DNA of 64,000 bases, from positions 752,410-816,409 of the forward strand of contig JAWQFM010000023.1 of the NCBI GenBank assembly GCA_033442325.1, given 5' to 3'. A program made the position numbers and the translations under genes. The stretch is from Salpingoeca rosetta (taxonomy: Eukaryota; Protista; Choanoflagellata). How positions within the stretch are numbered: position 1 is the first letter of the stretch; every line of letters starts with the position of its first letter. Below the pieces are notes generated by a model. It was given only the letters and a program-made list of their open reading frames with translations, was not told the DNA's origin and ran no database searches. Positions 38,804 to 52,600 of the stretch are shown here, piece by piece.

Positions 38804-40231
38804 CTCTGTCCCTCCTTCAGGTGACGTGAACCAGGCCCTGAGCTTTGACGAGGGCTCCCTCTCCCTCACGTACACCAACGGCGAGAAGTGCACGAGCGAG
38901 AACGGTGACGGCAAGCGCCACACGCGCCTGGAGATGCAGTGCGACCCAACGCGCACGTCCACACCGCGCGTGGAACTGGGTGACGCTGGGGATGACTCAT
39001 GCACAACGGTGATCTACGTGTACACGTCGCTCGCCTGCCACAAGGGCCAGGAGGTGGAGTGCCTTGCACGCGACCCGGACAGCGGCGTTGAGTATGACCT
39101 GTCGCCTCTTCGCAACTCCGTCGACAACTACTACGCCGAGGACCCGCGGGAGGACCACAAGTACACTTACGCAATCAACGTGTGCCGGAACCTCGTTCCG
39201 CTGCGCGACTATCCGGACTGCAAGGACACGTCCTCCGCGTGCCAAATCTCCCGCACCAACGGCAAATTTCTCGAGAGGGTGCGTGCATGCATGCATGCAT
39301 GTGTGTGTGTGTGTCTGGAATTCGCCTGTTTGTTTGTCTGGCTCTTTTCTTACATTACACCTCGCATTTCTTCACCCTGCTGCCCGTCCTCGCATCCCCC
39401 ATCCTCACAACACACACACATACACACACATACACACATACACACACACATACACACACCTTCCAACCCGGTGCTTCGCAGAACATGGGCAACGTTGCCG
39501 GCCCCCAGGTGGAGAATGGCGAGCTGTTTATCGAGTATGACAACGGTGACATGTGCTACTATGCACCACGGCGCACCCGCATCTACTTCACCTGCGGCGA
39601 CACGCTGGGCGAGCCCGTGTTCGTACAGGAGCGCGGCTGCTACTACATCTTCCACTGGCGCACAAGTGCGGCATGCGGCGGGCAGCAGAAGCAGGAGGAC
39701 GCGAGCAACTGCCAGGTGACAAACGACATCACCAGCACATACTTTGACCTGCGCCCGCTCAAGGGCAGCCCCGTCACCGCTGTGAACAAGCTCGGCACAG
39801 AGGCGCTGCAAGTGAGCGTGTGCGCGGACATGCGCTGTGGCAGCGGCACTGCCGGCGTGTGCAAAGGCGGCTCTGTGAACCTTGGCCGCGCAACAGACAT
39901 GCCGACGGTGGAGGGCGAGACGGTGCATCTCATCTACACGGACGGCGACAGCTGCGGCGTTGGTAACCAGAAGTACTCGTCGGAGATTATCTTCGTCTGC
40001 GATTACTTTGCAGACCCATCCGAGTCCCAGCTGTACTTCCAAGACAAGACGTCTGACTGCCACTATGTGTTCAAGTGGTACTCGCGTGACGCGTGCCAGC
40101 AGAGCAACACCATGAGCTGCTACGTGTTTGATTTTTACACGTTTGAGAGCTACGACCTCTCGCCCCTTACCAAGTGCGTGCATGTGCGTGTGTGTGTGTG
40201 TGTATGTGCGTGCGTGTGCATGTGTCTGTGT

Positions 40232-40297
<66 letters not shown>

Positions 40298-40397
40298 NNN
40301 NNNNNNNNNNNNNNNNNNNNNNNNNNNNNNNNNNNNNNNNNNNNNNNNNNNNNNNNNNNNNNNNNNNNNNNNNNNNNNNNNNNNNNNNNNNNNNNNN

Positions 40398-40468
<71 letters not shown>

Positions 40469-40806
40469 TCTGTGTGTGTATGTGTGTGTATGTGTGCGTG
40501 TGCTCGTGTGTGTGCCGGTCTCCCTGTCTGCCTATCACACACACGCACGCACACACACACACACACTCTCTCTCTCTGCCCTCGCCACTTCCACCAGACG
40601 TGACACGTTACGACTGACTCCTGTTACTCCCACTCTGCGGGTTTGTTCACCACAGGGCAACATTGTGCTGACAGACCACGCGTACCAGACTCTGGCGCTG
40701 CTCCGCGTTCGCAAAGACGACGCAGATATCCGCTATGCCGTCGGCGAACGCTATCCCATCGAGGCGGCACGCCAACCACAGCCCGTTACCATGCAACGGT
40801 GAGTGC

Positions 40807-40850
<44 letters not shown>

Positions 40851-41834
40851 AGTCAGTTTGGTGTGTGTGGAGTCAGTTTGCTGCCTCTATTGCACTTGCC
40901 TCGCACCTCCTCCTCTCCTTGTGTTACTTCAAGACGCTCCTTGAACTCACATACTCACGCCCTTGCGTTTCTTGCGTGCAGGCTTGAAGAAGCGATGGCC
41001 AAAGCCAAAGACGGCGACCCCCTGCGCAAGCACCTGACACGCATCATGGGTGAGTGGCCCCGATATCGCTGACAGTGCACCAGACCTGTGCCGTATCATG
41101 CCCTGTGTTGACGTGCAACTCAACGCCTTTTCGTTAACTCCACGTGCGCAACTGCCCCCCCCCCTCATCTTGTCGCCATCGTGCAGACTGCGGCCCTGCG
41201 TTTATCGAGCACTGCCTGTTGGAGGCTGGTTTCCCGCCAAACGCGAGAGTGAATGAGGGCTGCAATGTTGCCACGGATCTGCCACGTGTGCTGGCGGCGC
41301 TGCAGCAGGCAGAGCACCTCCTCTTCACCAAACTTGAGCAGGGCCAAGTCAAGGTGCGCACGTGCGTGTGTGGGAGTGTGTGCGTGTGTGTGTGTGTGTT
41401 TGCCTGTATCTGTATGTGTCTGTACCTGTGCGTGTGTGTGCGTGTGTCTGTGTGTCTCGAATCGCTGCCTACTTCACGGTCGTTTTCACCACCACCCGCC
41501 ACCTCTGGCTGTGCAGGGCTATATTCTGCTCAAGGCGCACGCGAAAGCAGATGCTCGCAAGGTGAGCACACACAAGCACACACACACACACATCCACATC
41601 CACATCCTCGTCTTTGTGAAGCGATGTCAACATTGTCCTCTCAACAAATCATACATTCTCATGACCACTACTACTGGCCACCATCACCATCGCTACCACC
41701 CTACCCCCCCCCCATACACAGGACGCGGCGAAGGAGGAGGTTGTTGTGTTTGAGGACGTAATGCCGTTTCCCCTCAAACAGTTTGAAGGCCGCACCTTCA
41801 AGGAATTTGATAGGTGCGGCCCCCCCCCTCTTGC

Positions 41835-41903
<69 letters not shown>

Positions 41904-42261
41904 AGCTGCCGTCGACTTTGTTCGCTTTCCTTCACCTCACCTCACCACTCCTCGCCTCACCTCTTCTCACTCACCTCGTCTCTCCTCATGCCCCCCCCCC
42001 TCTTATCCCGCCCCACCCCACGTGTCCAGTTTTGATGTTGCGGTTGACACGTACTTCTCCGAGATTGAGAGCCACAAGCTTGAGATGCGTGCGCTGCAGC
42101 AGGAACGCGCTGCCCGGCAGAAGCTCGAGCAGGCCCGCCGGTCCCATCACGACCGCGTCAAGGTTGGATGACGAGGAGGAAAGGGGTTGGAGTGTGATGG
42201 AGGAGAGAGGGCATTGGGTTGGTGTGGCGATGGTGGGGTGCATAAGTTTTGTGTAAGCAAC

Positions 42262-42297
<36 letters not shown>

Positions 42298-44386
42298 TGT
42301 ATGTGTGTGTGTGAGAGAGAGTGTGTGTGTATGTGTGTGTGTGTGTGCGTCTTCTGCACACGATCACCGTCGTCGCGTCTGTATCGCCGCCGGTAGGGGT
42401 ACAAGGAGGCGCGTCTTGAGGACGAGTACAAGGCCACGCTCATCGAACTCAACCACGAACTGGTTCGTATGTTGTGTGTGTGTATCTGCCTACTTATCTG
42501 CCTACTTATCTGCCTACTTATCTGCCTGCCCATCTGCCTGCCTGCCTGTGTGTGACATCATAAACTCACGTGCCACGCGGGCATGGTGTGCAGGTGAATG
42601 AGGCGATTGATGTGATCAACAAGATGGTTGGAAACCACCTCGACTGGCGTGAAATCGAGGAACTCGGTACACCTTGCCTGCAGCCACTGCTCTGCACTGC
42701 ATGTGTGTGTGTGTGTGCGTGCCTGTCTGTATGCCTGTCTGTGTACGTGTTTGTGTCGAAGGGTGGTGCCCAATAACCGCCAACCTTCACGAGCCACTCC
42801 TACCCTCCCTCTCCTCACCTCGCTCACCTTGTCTACTGCATCACTCCTCGTTTTGTGTGCAGTGCAAGAGTCGCGTGTGCGGGGCGACCCCGTTGCCAAC
42901 GCCATATCCAAACTGAAACTCAAGAAGAACGCCATCGTCATGCACCTCACGTATGTTGGGACCTCCCCCAATGACGCAACACAGCCTGCTCACAATGAGC
43001 CCTACCCTCCGTCTCACCACGCAAAAAACAACACCAGCTCCACTGTGTTCCACTGCTTCGTGTGCGTGCGTGTCTGCTTGCGTGCTTGTGTTTTTTTTTT
43101 TGTTCTTCACTAACCAACCCCCCTCCCCTTTCCCTGTGCGCTTGCCCCCCCCCCCTTCTCTGTGCACCAGAGAGCCGTCGATGGGCGGTGCTGACGATGA
43201 CAGCTGGTCGGATGAGGACGAGGACGAAGACGAAGGTGAGACAAGTTTGGGTTTGATGGCATGCACCACGCGTATATATTACATCCCTGACATCATGATT
43301 TGATCACCACTGCATCCTCTCGCTTCTCGCGTGCGTGTATGATCACTCCCCAACTCTCCCATTACGTGTCCATTACCCCGGTGCCCTCGTACCAAAGACG
43401 ACAACACAAAGGTGCGACATACACCTGCCACATTTGACACACGTCTGCCGTTCCCATCTGCACGTGTCGCATTTGTTGTTGCCACCCCCGCCAGCTTTCT
43501 CATTACATCTGCACGTTCCTCTACCCCCCCCCCCCAACCACCCCACCACCTTCCACGTCTACCGGATCATTCCCGCCTACTGAAGGGGGCGCTGGTTGAG
43601 ATTGACCTGGCAGAGACGGCGCACGGCAACGCCAGAAAGGTGTGCCCCCATACCCTGTGCACGCAGCTGTGATTTGATGTACTTGTCGACATAGACGATG
43701 GATGGATGAAGTGTTTGGGAAACATGCTGTCACATCACGTCGCACCTCACTCGACTGCACGCGGTCCTCTCCACCCCTTTGTCAACATCCTCATCCCAAC
43801 ATCCTCATCACCATCGTTACCATCGTTACCATCACCGTCATGTTGACGCATTTGCGGCGGCAACGCGACAGCTGCACGAGCGCAAGAAGACGATCCGCAG
43901 CAAGGAGGAGAAGGCCCTCGCCTCCACAGAACAGGTTCCAGCAGCTGCCTGAACACACCCACCTGTGCACGTGTGCGTGTGTGTGTGTGTGTGTGTGTTT
44001 GTTCTTTCCTTCAGTCATCTTCTGACAGCCGCGTCATTGATTGTTGTCGTGCATGCATGCATGCATGCATGATCGCTGCTCAGGCACTGAGGAGCGTGGA
44101 GAAGCGCGCAATGGATCGTCTGAAGAGTACGTCATGCCACATCACTCCTCGTCTGCACCACGCACACCTCCCCTCAATATGACACCTGCCAACACTTACT
44201 TGCTTACTTACTTCCACCCATCACGGCTGACTGCATCACAACACATACGTTCATGCCCACGTCTTTCGTCTGCTTGCGGTTGCAGAAACGCAGATCACGG
44301 CGACCATCTCCAAATCGCGGGCGCCGCTCTGGTTTGAGAAGTTCAACTGGTTCATCAGGTGGGCGATGCCGCTGTTGCTGTCTGCG

Positions 44387-44473
<87 letters not shown>

Positions 44474-44715
44474 GTAGCTTGTGCAACCCTGACACAAGCC
44501 ACACACCACCATCGCCATTGATTGATGGAGCAGCTCGGAGAATTACCTGGTGCTGGCGGGCCGCGATCGTCTGCAGAACGAGGCGCTCGTCAGGAAACAC
44601 CTCACGCAACGTGCGTGATGGTTGCGGTTGCGGTGGTGATGGGAATGTGATGTGCGGTCTGTTTGCGACGCGATGAGACCCATGGTGTTGCTGGCATCCG
44701 TGTCCACCCACTCGC

Positions 44716-44787
<72 letters not shown>

Positions 44788-44996
44788 CCCCCCCCTGCTC
44801 CCCTCACTCGCATTCGTCTGTCCAGACGACTTGTATGTTCATGCGGACATGAATGGCGCGAGCAGCGTCGTCGTCAAGAATTCAAACACGGGCGAGATCC
44901 CGCCAAAGACCCTCAGCGAAGCTGCAACGTTTGCCGTCGCACACAGTGCGTTGTGTGTGTGTGTGTGTGTGGGTATGTGTGTGTGTGTGTGTGTGT

Positions 44997-45068
<72 letters not shown>

Positions 45069-46671
45069 GGTGGGTGGGTGGGTGGGTGGGTGTGGGTGGG
45101 TGTACGCGTGCGTGCGTTGGTTGCCATAGCATGCAAACCATCCCTCTGTCGTGTCTGGTACAACACCACCTGACCCTGTGTGTGCGCATGTGCTCCAGGT
45201 CCGGCGTGGGAGAACAACCAGCAAGCAGACGCGTGGTGGGTCCACGCAAACCAGGTGGGCAAGAAAATACTCGCACACATGTCTTACATTGTGCAGATGA
45301 TGTTGTCTCGAACAGTCAGACAGACACACAGACACTCACTCACTCTCACACATACACATACACACGCACCTCACGCAGCACACACTCACTCACACTTGAC
45401 CACATTCCCCCGCCCCCACCTCTACAGGTCGAGAAGACGTCGAGCGAGGGGAAACCCCTTGGGGCGGGCAGTTTCCGCATCACGGGCGCAAAGCACTTCA
45501 TCCCCATCCGCCAGCTCGCCCTCGCATATGCCATCCTCTTCAAGGTGCATTGCTTTGTTGCGCTGTGCTGTGCTGGGCGTGTGCTGTGCTGTGTGTGTGG
45601 GGGGGGGCGGGGTGAATGTGAATGGCTTGCATTCCTCACACATACACACACTCACTCACCCACTCACTCACTCACTCACTCACTCACTCACTCACTCACA
45701 CATACTCACTCACTCACTCACTCACTCACACCACCGCCTTGTTTGTCTGTAGGTTGATGATGAGAGTGCAAAGCGGCACGAGGGGGAGCGGCGGTGCAAG
45801 TACGCCATCAACGCGCCCGTGGTCGAGACAACCGAGGACACACACGCGGCGCAGCAGCAAGAGAAGGGTGGCAGTGATGAAGGGGCTTTGTGTAGCACCA
45901 GCAACAACACCAGCAACAACAGCGGTAGTGCCGGTGGTGGTGACCGCAAACAGCAGGATGCAGCAGACACAGAAGCAGCAGCACAGACGACGGACGACAA
46001 TGTTGATGGTGATGGTGATGGTGATGGTGATGGTGATGGTGATGGTGATGGTGATGGTGATGGTGATGGTGAAGAGGATGACGAGGAAGAGGAGGGCGCG
46101 TTCCCTGATGTTTCGCTGACGTACAACTTCCAATCGACGGGCGATGTTCGCGTGTCATCGAGTGTTTCCCGCACAACAAGCGAAGCAGCGCCTGCACCAG
46201 CAGAGGAGTGAGTCAAGCATGTCTAATGACGGGTGGTGATGCACTGGACTGCGCTCACCCACTACCACAAAACCGGAACCATGTACGTCCACTCACCCGC
46301 TGACACCCAACAACTGCCCTACACTCATTCACACAAACACACCACCACCACCCCTTCTGACATGCACACTGACAGGACCGCTGTATCGTCGTCGTCGTCG
46401 TCGTCCCAGCCGCAGGGGCGGAGGAAAATGACTGCACGCGAACGGCGCAAACTGAAGAAGGCGAAGAAGAAGGGGCTCGACGTGACGCAACTCACGCAGC
46501 AGCCGGACGCCAACGGCCAAGATGATGGCGATGACGATGATGACGATGTTGATGACAACGGTGGCGACTCACAGCAACAACAGCAACAGCAGCAGCGTGG
46601 AGGAAAGCAGAAGAAGCTATCAAAGACGAAGCAGAGGAAGATCAACCGCTTCCACGCAAAATTCGTCAGTC

Positions 46672-46706
<35 letters not shown>

Positions 46707-47286
46707 GTCGCTGAAGCCACCTGTTGTGTGCTTCTCGTCAGCCTCCTCCTCCCTTCCCAACTCACCCCCAACCACACACACACACACACACTCGCGCGCG
46801 CGCCGTTTTTCTCACTGTCTCGCGCCAGGACGAGGATGAGCGTGCGATGCTGTCACAGCAGCGGCCGGACAACAAACCGCTCTCGCGCCAGGAGAAGCGG
46901 CGCCGACGAAAGGAGATGGGCATTCGCGGGTCCCGCCAGCCAAAGCAGCAGCGCGGCGCACAGGGTGCGGTGCTGTGTGCGTGTGTTCGTGCTTGTCTGT
47001 GTGTCTGTGTCTGTGTGTCTGTGTCTGTGTGCCTGTGTGTGTGTCTGTGGGTGATCTGTCTGTGGGTGTCTGTGTTTGAGGTCAGACAAGCGTTCATGCG
47101 TGGCGTTTGTGCTTTCATTGCCTCTCACGGCCACGATCGCATCCACGTGTACCTTGTCTGCCACGACCAGGTGCTGAGCTGCCGCCTGCTGAGGTGCTGG
47201 AGAAGCTCGCCGCGACCACAGAGAAGTGAGGCGCAATCAATGACGGTGGCACGCGTGCGCGGCTGAATGCCCTATTGGCCAAGTCA

Positions 47287-47359
<73 letters not shown>

Positions 47360-48558
47360 ACTTACCTGACTACTGCAACCCTCTCCCCTCTTCCATCACC
47401 CCCCCCATCATGACCAGGGTGCTGGCGAGCGCGCAGCAGGCGGAGGGCGGCGACGTGATTGACGCCGGCCCCTCGGGCGATGCGGACGCAACAGCAGCGG
47501 CACTGGATGCCATGGATGACGAAGATGAGGAGTCAGAGGCATTGGTGAGCAGCTGCGGTGTGAAGGAGAAATGGTGACTGGGGAACGTGAAGTGCACGAG
47601 ATGCGGCGCGGACGCACACGTGTGTGTGTGTGTTTGTGTGTGTGTGTGTTTGTGTGTTTGTTTGTGTGTTTGTTTGTTTGTTTGTTTGTTTGTTTGTTTG
47701 TTTGTTTGTTTGTTTGTTTGTTTGTTTGTTTGTTTGTTTGTTTGTTTGTTTGTTTGTTTGTTTGTTTGTTTGTTTGTGTGTTTGTTTGTTTGACGAGTTT
47801 GACATGATGTGTTCAATTCAAATCAATTCAGAATTGTGTACTCAACGCTTGCTGACATGTTCAACTCCTTTTGCAGACGCAGTCGCTGTCCAATCTGCAT
47901 TCGCTGACGGCGCAACCGACGCCCGAGGACACGGTGCTGTACGCGCTGCCCGTGTGTGCACCATACTCGGCCACACAGGGCTATGCGCTGAGGGCAAAGC
48001 TCGTCCCAGGCAACACTAAGAAGGGCAGAGGTGCGTAGTGTTCTGTTTCTGTGCGCATGGTCACCAGTGGTTGCGCTCTTTCGTTCAACTTGATTGTGTG
48101 GTTGTTCATTTGGTTACCTCACCGCCGATGGGTGAAACCATCATCGTTCTCTTGCAAACACACACGCACATACACTCACATATACGCACGCACACACACA
48201 CACACACATACACTCACATATACGCACGCACACACACACACATCCACACACACACACATCCACACACACATCCACACACACATACACACACATACACACA
48301 TATATACACACCCACACACATACACACACGCGCGCGCGCTTGCCCGTGGCAGCCATCCGCGGGGTGGTGCAGACGTTTGTGTCTGGCGGGCAGTGCACGG
48401 AGGAGCAGGCGTCGCTGATCACGGCCATCAAGGACGCCGACCTCTACAACGGCGTGCCGACGCGCGTGAAGGTCATGACCATCTCCCAAGCAGCAGGCGG
48501 TGGCGGCGGAGGCAAGAAGGCAAAGAACAAACACAACAAGGGGAAGAAGGGCAAGTGA
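36809..48558 (+). CDS. NEMF: Ribosome quality control factor NEMF/Rqc2 (NFACT-N, coiled coil, NFACT-R, NFACT-C); interrupted by two assembly gaps and an unrelated segment
   Basis: N-terminus [18 protein letters not shown] at 36809. After the second gap: [73 protein letters not shown]...[30 protein letters not shown]...[13 protein letters not shown] at 48556-48558. Confidence 0.92.
36865..36964. other. Assembly gap (100 N)
   Basis: Run of N. Confidence 1.
37059..40173 (+). CDS. Cation-independent mannose-6-phosphate receptor-like protein (tandem MRH/CIMR repeats), internal fragment
   Basis: Repeated units starting YDLAPL / YDLSPL / YDLSPL / FDLRPL / YDLSPL, each followed by IN(V/I)C, L.Y.(N/D)G..C and C.Y.F.W.(T/S)..AC motifs. 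About seven exons; no start or stop within the gap-bounded segment. Confidence 0.88.
40298..40397. other. Assembly gap (100 N)
   Basis: Run of N flanked by (GT)n on both sides. Confidence 1.
47660..47792. repeat. (TTTG)n microsatellite
   Basis: Directly visible in a NEMF intron. Confidence 0.95.
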
Positions 48559-48573
48559 TCTGCGTGGGTTTGT

Positions 48574-48708
48574 TTGGTTGGTTGGTTGGTTGGTTGGTTG
48601 GTTGGTTGGTTGGTTGTTTGGTTGTTTGGTTGGTTGGTTGGTTGGTTGGTTGGTTGGTTGGTTGGTTGGTTGGTTGGTTGGTTGGTTGGTTGGTTGGTTG
48701 GTTGGTTG
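48574..48708. repeat. (TTGG)n microsatellite just 3' of NEMF stop
   Basis: Directly visible. Confidence 0.95.
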
Positions 48709-49383
48709 TTGTTAGAGGGAATTTGGAGAACCCACTGAGACTGACGAAGGCGTGCTGGGCGAAGCCAAGGAAAGACAGAGGACTTGTCTCATCACGAGAC
48801 TTGCGTGCCTCCACGTCGTGTGACCGGAATGGTTTGGTACACTCATGGCTGTGCACGTCGGAGACCATGAGTGAATGTGTGATTTACGTTGTCATGGGTG
48901 GACTGATACCTTGTTGTGTGTCCATTCTTCCAACCAGTGTATTCTCTACCACAACTCGTGCGGCAATGGCTTTCTGCCACCACCACCAATACACACACCA
49001 TCAACTACATACAACGGTCACGATCACTATCACGTAATCAGCGAGAAAGCAAGACCCCATCTAACAACGCCGCTGTCAAAGTAAAAGCAAGACAATAGTT
49101 TAGGTTAGACAACCATCCCAGCTCCCGTGGCTTGCTCTGTCACGCCTGTATGCTGTGAGTGCTCGTGCGTGCGTCTGTGTCTGTCAATGTCTGTGTGTTG
49201 GGGCTGATGGTAGCCGGACCTGATTTAATGTTATTCATCACAATTCACACATAACACGACTGCTCGAGGGCCACTCTGAAGGAGTGAAGAGAAGAAAGCA
49301 ACCATCATCACTCGAACCGCAATGGACATGTCCAGCCGCACAACACGCACATGCACATGCACAGACACACACTTCCGCGCACA

Positions 49384-49385
<2 letters not shown>

Positions 49386-49471
<86 letters not shown>
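49386..49471. repeat. (CT)n microsatellite
   Basis: Directly visible. Confidence 0.95.
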
Positions 49472-49475
<4 letters not shown>

Positions 49476-49667
49476 GTCTCTGTGACTGCCTCTCTGTCTG
49501 TCTCTCTGGCTGTCTGGCACTCACTCTCTTGCACACACCCCGCATGTACACACCACAGCTACCACCACCACCACCACCACCGCCACCACCACCACAACAC
49601 ACTCACACAAACAGAACAAAACAGAGGCCCATTGAGCATACCATGCAAACCACACGTCTCGTCGCAA

Positions 49668-52600
49668 TCAGAAGTACGCACGCGCAACGTGCTTCATAAT
49701 CTTGTGCAGCAGTGCTGCTGTCTTTTCGTCGTCCTTGTCCAGCTTAGCCAGCTTGGCGTCAAGCCACTCCAGCAGGAACGCCTTGCCCTTCAGCAGTTGA
49801 AGCATGGAATCGGAGACAGAGTCGGGCGAGAACACGTACGAAAACAGCAGCGATTCCCAGTCCAGAACCAGGTCCAGAGTTATGGTTTGTGCGTTGCCAT
49901 GCAGCACACGCCGAGGGCGCTCCCGCAGCGTTGTGGAATAGGATCCGGGAAGGCTCCCTTTAGGGCCACTGAGGAAACCAAAGTCGACGATGCAGCCGTT
50001 GTGCAGGATGTTGTGCGAGCGGATGTCGCAGTGACACAGATCGTTCTTCGACAAAATGAGGAGGTGTTCAGCCGCGGCCTCAAGCGCTTCCTGGCTGCCG
50101 ATGCCCGTGCCCTTGGTATCTGCATCCGTGTCCTCAAGCGCCGGCTCACCGTTGATGCCCGTGCCCGTCATACGCTTCGATAGGTCGGGACAGGCAAACA
50201 CGGGGCGTGACCGCTCGTGCACTTTCACCGTTTCCTCTGGATAGACGAGTTCCCAGCCCTTCCGTTCGTTGCTAGCCTCCTTGGCAGCGCCAATCTCGTG
50301 GCCGCCGCACACCTTCAACACCTCGCCGTTCACCAGTGCAACCGACACAGTCTCCTTGCCGCCTTTGTAAACGCGCATCTCGTATCTCGTGGCAACTTTG
50401 GCAGACCTTTCCCGTGCTGCTTCCGCTTCTGCACAATGACGCTGCTCCTCCTCACCGCTGTCTGCTGTGTCGGTCTTGGTGGCTGCCTTGGTGTGCTTGG
50501 GCACTGTTGCTGGTGTGGTGGGGGAACCTGCTGCCTGTGCATGCTGCTGCTGCCGCTGCCGCTGCCGCTGAGGCGGCGTTGGGCTCCTGCTTCGGCCTGC
50601 CTGCTGACGCGCTGTGCTGTGGATGGGCGGGCCTTCTTCTTGCCCGAATCAGAACGCCCGGTACCGCGTGTTTGTGACACCCTGGAGACACTGCGAGTCA
50701 CGGGCCTGTCTCCCTTTGCCTCCTGACACACCACAACACCAGCTCAACTTCCTGGCTGCCGATGCCCGTGCCCTTTGGTATCTGCATCCGTGTCCTCAAG
50801 CGCCGGCTCACCGTTGATGCCCGTGCCCGTCATACGCTTCGATAGGTCGGGACAGGCAAACACGGGGCGTGACCGCTCGTGCACTTTCACCGTTTCCTCT
50901 GGATAGACGAGTTCCCAGCCCTTCCGTTCGTTGCTAGCCTCCTTGGCAGCGCCAATCTCGTGGCCGCCGCACACCTTCAACACCTCGCCGTTCACCAGTG
51001 CAACCGACACAGTCTCCTTGCCGCCTTTGTAAACGCGCATCTCGTATCTCGTGGCAACTTTGGCAGACCTTTCCCGTGCTGCTTCCGCTTCTGCACAATG
51101 ACGCTGCTCCTCCTCACCGCTGTCTGCTGTGTCGGTCTTGGTGGCTGCCTTGGTGTGCTTGGGCACTGTTGCTGGTGTGGTGGGGGAACCTGCTGCCTGT
51201 GCATGCTGCTGCTGCCGCTGCCGCTGCCGCTGAGGCGGCGTTGGGCTCCTGCTTCGGCCTGCCTGCTGACGCCGCTGTGCTGTGGATGGGCGGGCCTTCT
51301 TCTTGCCCGAATCAGAACGCCCGGTACCGCGTGTTTGTGACACCCTGGAGACACTGCGAGTCACGGGCCTGTCTCCCTTTGCCTCCTGACGCTGACGCTG
51401 ACGCTGCTGCTGCTTTCTTGGGGTTTTGGGCTTGGGCTTGGTTTTGCCTGTGGCTGTCTTTGTGCCTGGTGCCTGTGCGTGCTGCTGCTGCTGCGGCGGC
51501 GGCGGCGGGGACTCTAACTGGGCTGCTTCTTCCTTGTCGCTGCCATTCTCGTTAGGGTGCTCCTCAAGGGTGGAGAGACGGCCCTGTGTCAGGTGTGTGT
51601 GTGTGTGTGTGGTTGTGTGTGTGTCAGGTGTGTGGTTGTGTGTATGTGTGCGTGTGTGTGTGTGTAAGGTGAGTGGCATCGTTAATCGTTGAACGAAAGA
51701 AAGAAGACACATACACACGTACACAGGACATGTGTGATGTGATGAATGTGTTGCAAGCGAGCAAGAGGGCAAGAGAGCTAGAGGGCAAGAGAGCTAGAGG
51801 GCACGACATCACGCCTGCGACGGCTACCTGGGCAATGGCGGAAACCTTCTCGTAAAGCGCCATGTGCTCTTTGTCGACCAGCCACTTAATCACATGCCCA
51901 AGCCTGCTCAGCTGAATTCCACAGCAAAGAAATCCAAAATGTGAGCGCCATGTTCAAGCACGCACGACGGCATACTCTGGCCGACGTGCACCAACAACAA
52001 CAACAGCGACAGCACAGATGCACGTGCACACACATGTGTCACACTCATGTGTGCGCAGGTACATGTGTCACACATACACACACATACACACACAAAATGC
52101 AAACACCCTCCAGCACTGTTCGCACATGCGATGGCAACTCACTGTGGTGTTGCCAAGTTTTGTGTAAAGGACACTGGGAAACACCTCGCGGCCGTGCACC
52201 TCGTCGCCCAGCGTGCACGCGTACACGGACACCTTATCGTTGCAGACGGTGATGGCAAAGGGAAACAAATACCCCTTCAAGTCACGCCACTTCGGCCCCG
52301 CAGACTTGATGGCCCGTGATGCGTACTCCAGCACCTGCGCCTTGGCAGCATCCTGAGTCTGCTTGCTGTCATCGGTCTTGAGCTCAAGCAACAACGGGTA
52401 GCAGAAGTAGTTTGAGGCCATTTGCACAACGTAGTCCGCTTGAACAGCGGGGTCGGCCTCAAACGACGCGTGGCTCTTGACATACACTGCTGCGTCAGCA
52501 CACGCCTTGATCAGGGGCACGTTCATGCTGTCATTGAACCGCGTCTCTCGCTTCGGAACGTGAAAGCCAAAGTCTGCAGTGCGGTGAGCTTGACAGCGCA

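Noticed and set aside
46005-46070. (GATGGT)n repeat as a separate element
   Set aside because: Encodes a DG run within the acidic disordered region of NEMF.
36809-48558. NEMF-M6P receptor fusion protein
   Set aside because: Both junctions are N gaps, and a luminal disulfide-rich domain inside a cytosolic RQC factor is implausible.
48574-48708. (TTGG)n as interstitial telomere
   Set aside because: Not TTAGGG-like; it behaves like the other simple repeats and lies in the NEMF 3' region.
50087-51390. Direct repeats as LTRs of a retroelement
   Set aside because: The repeats are coding sequence separated by only 20 bp, with no gag/pol, PBS or TG...CA ends.
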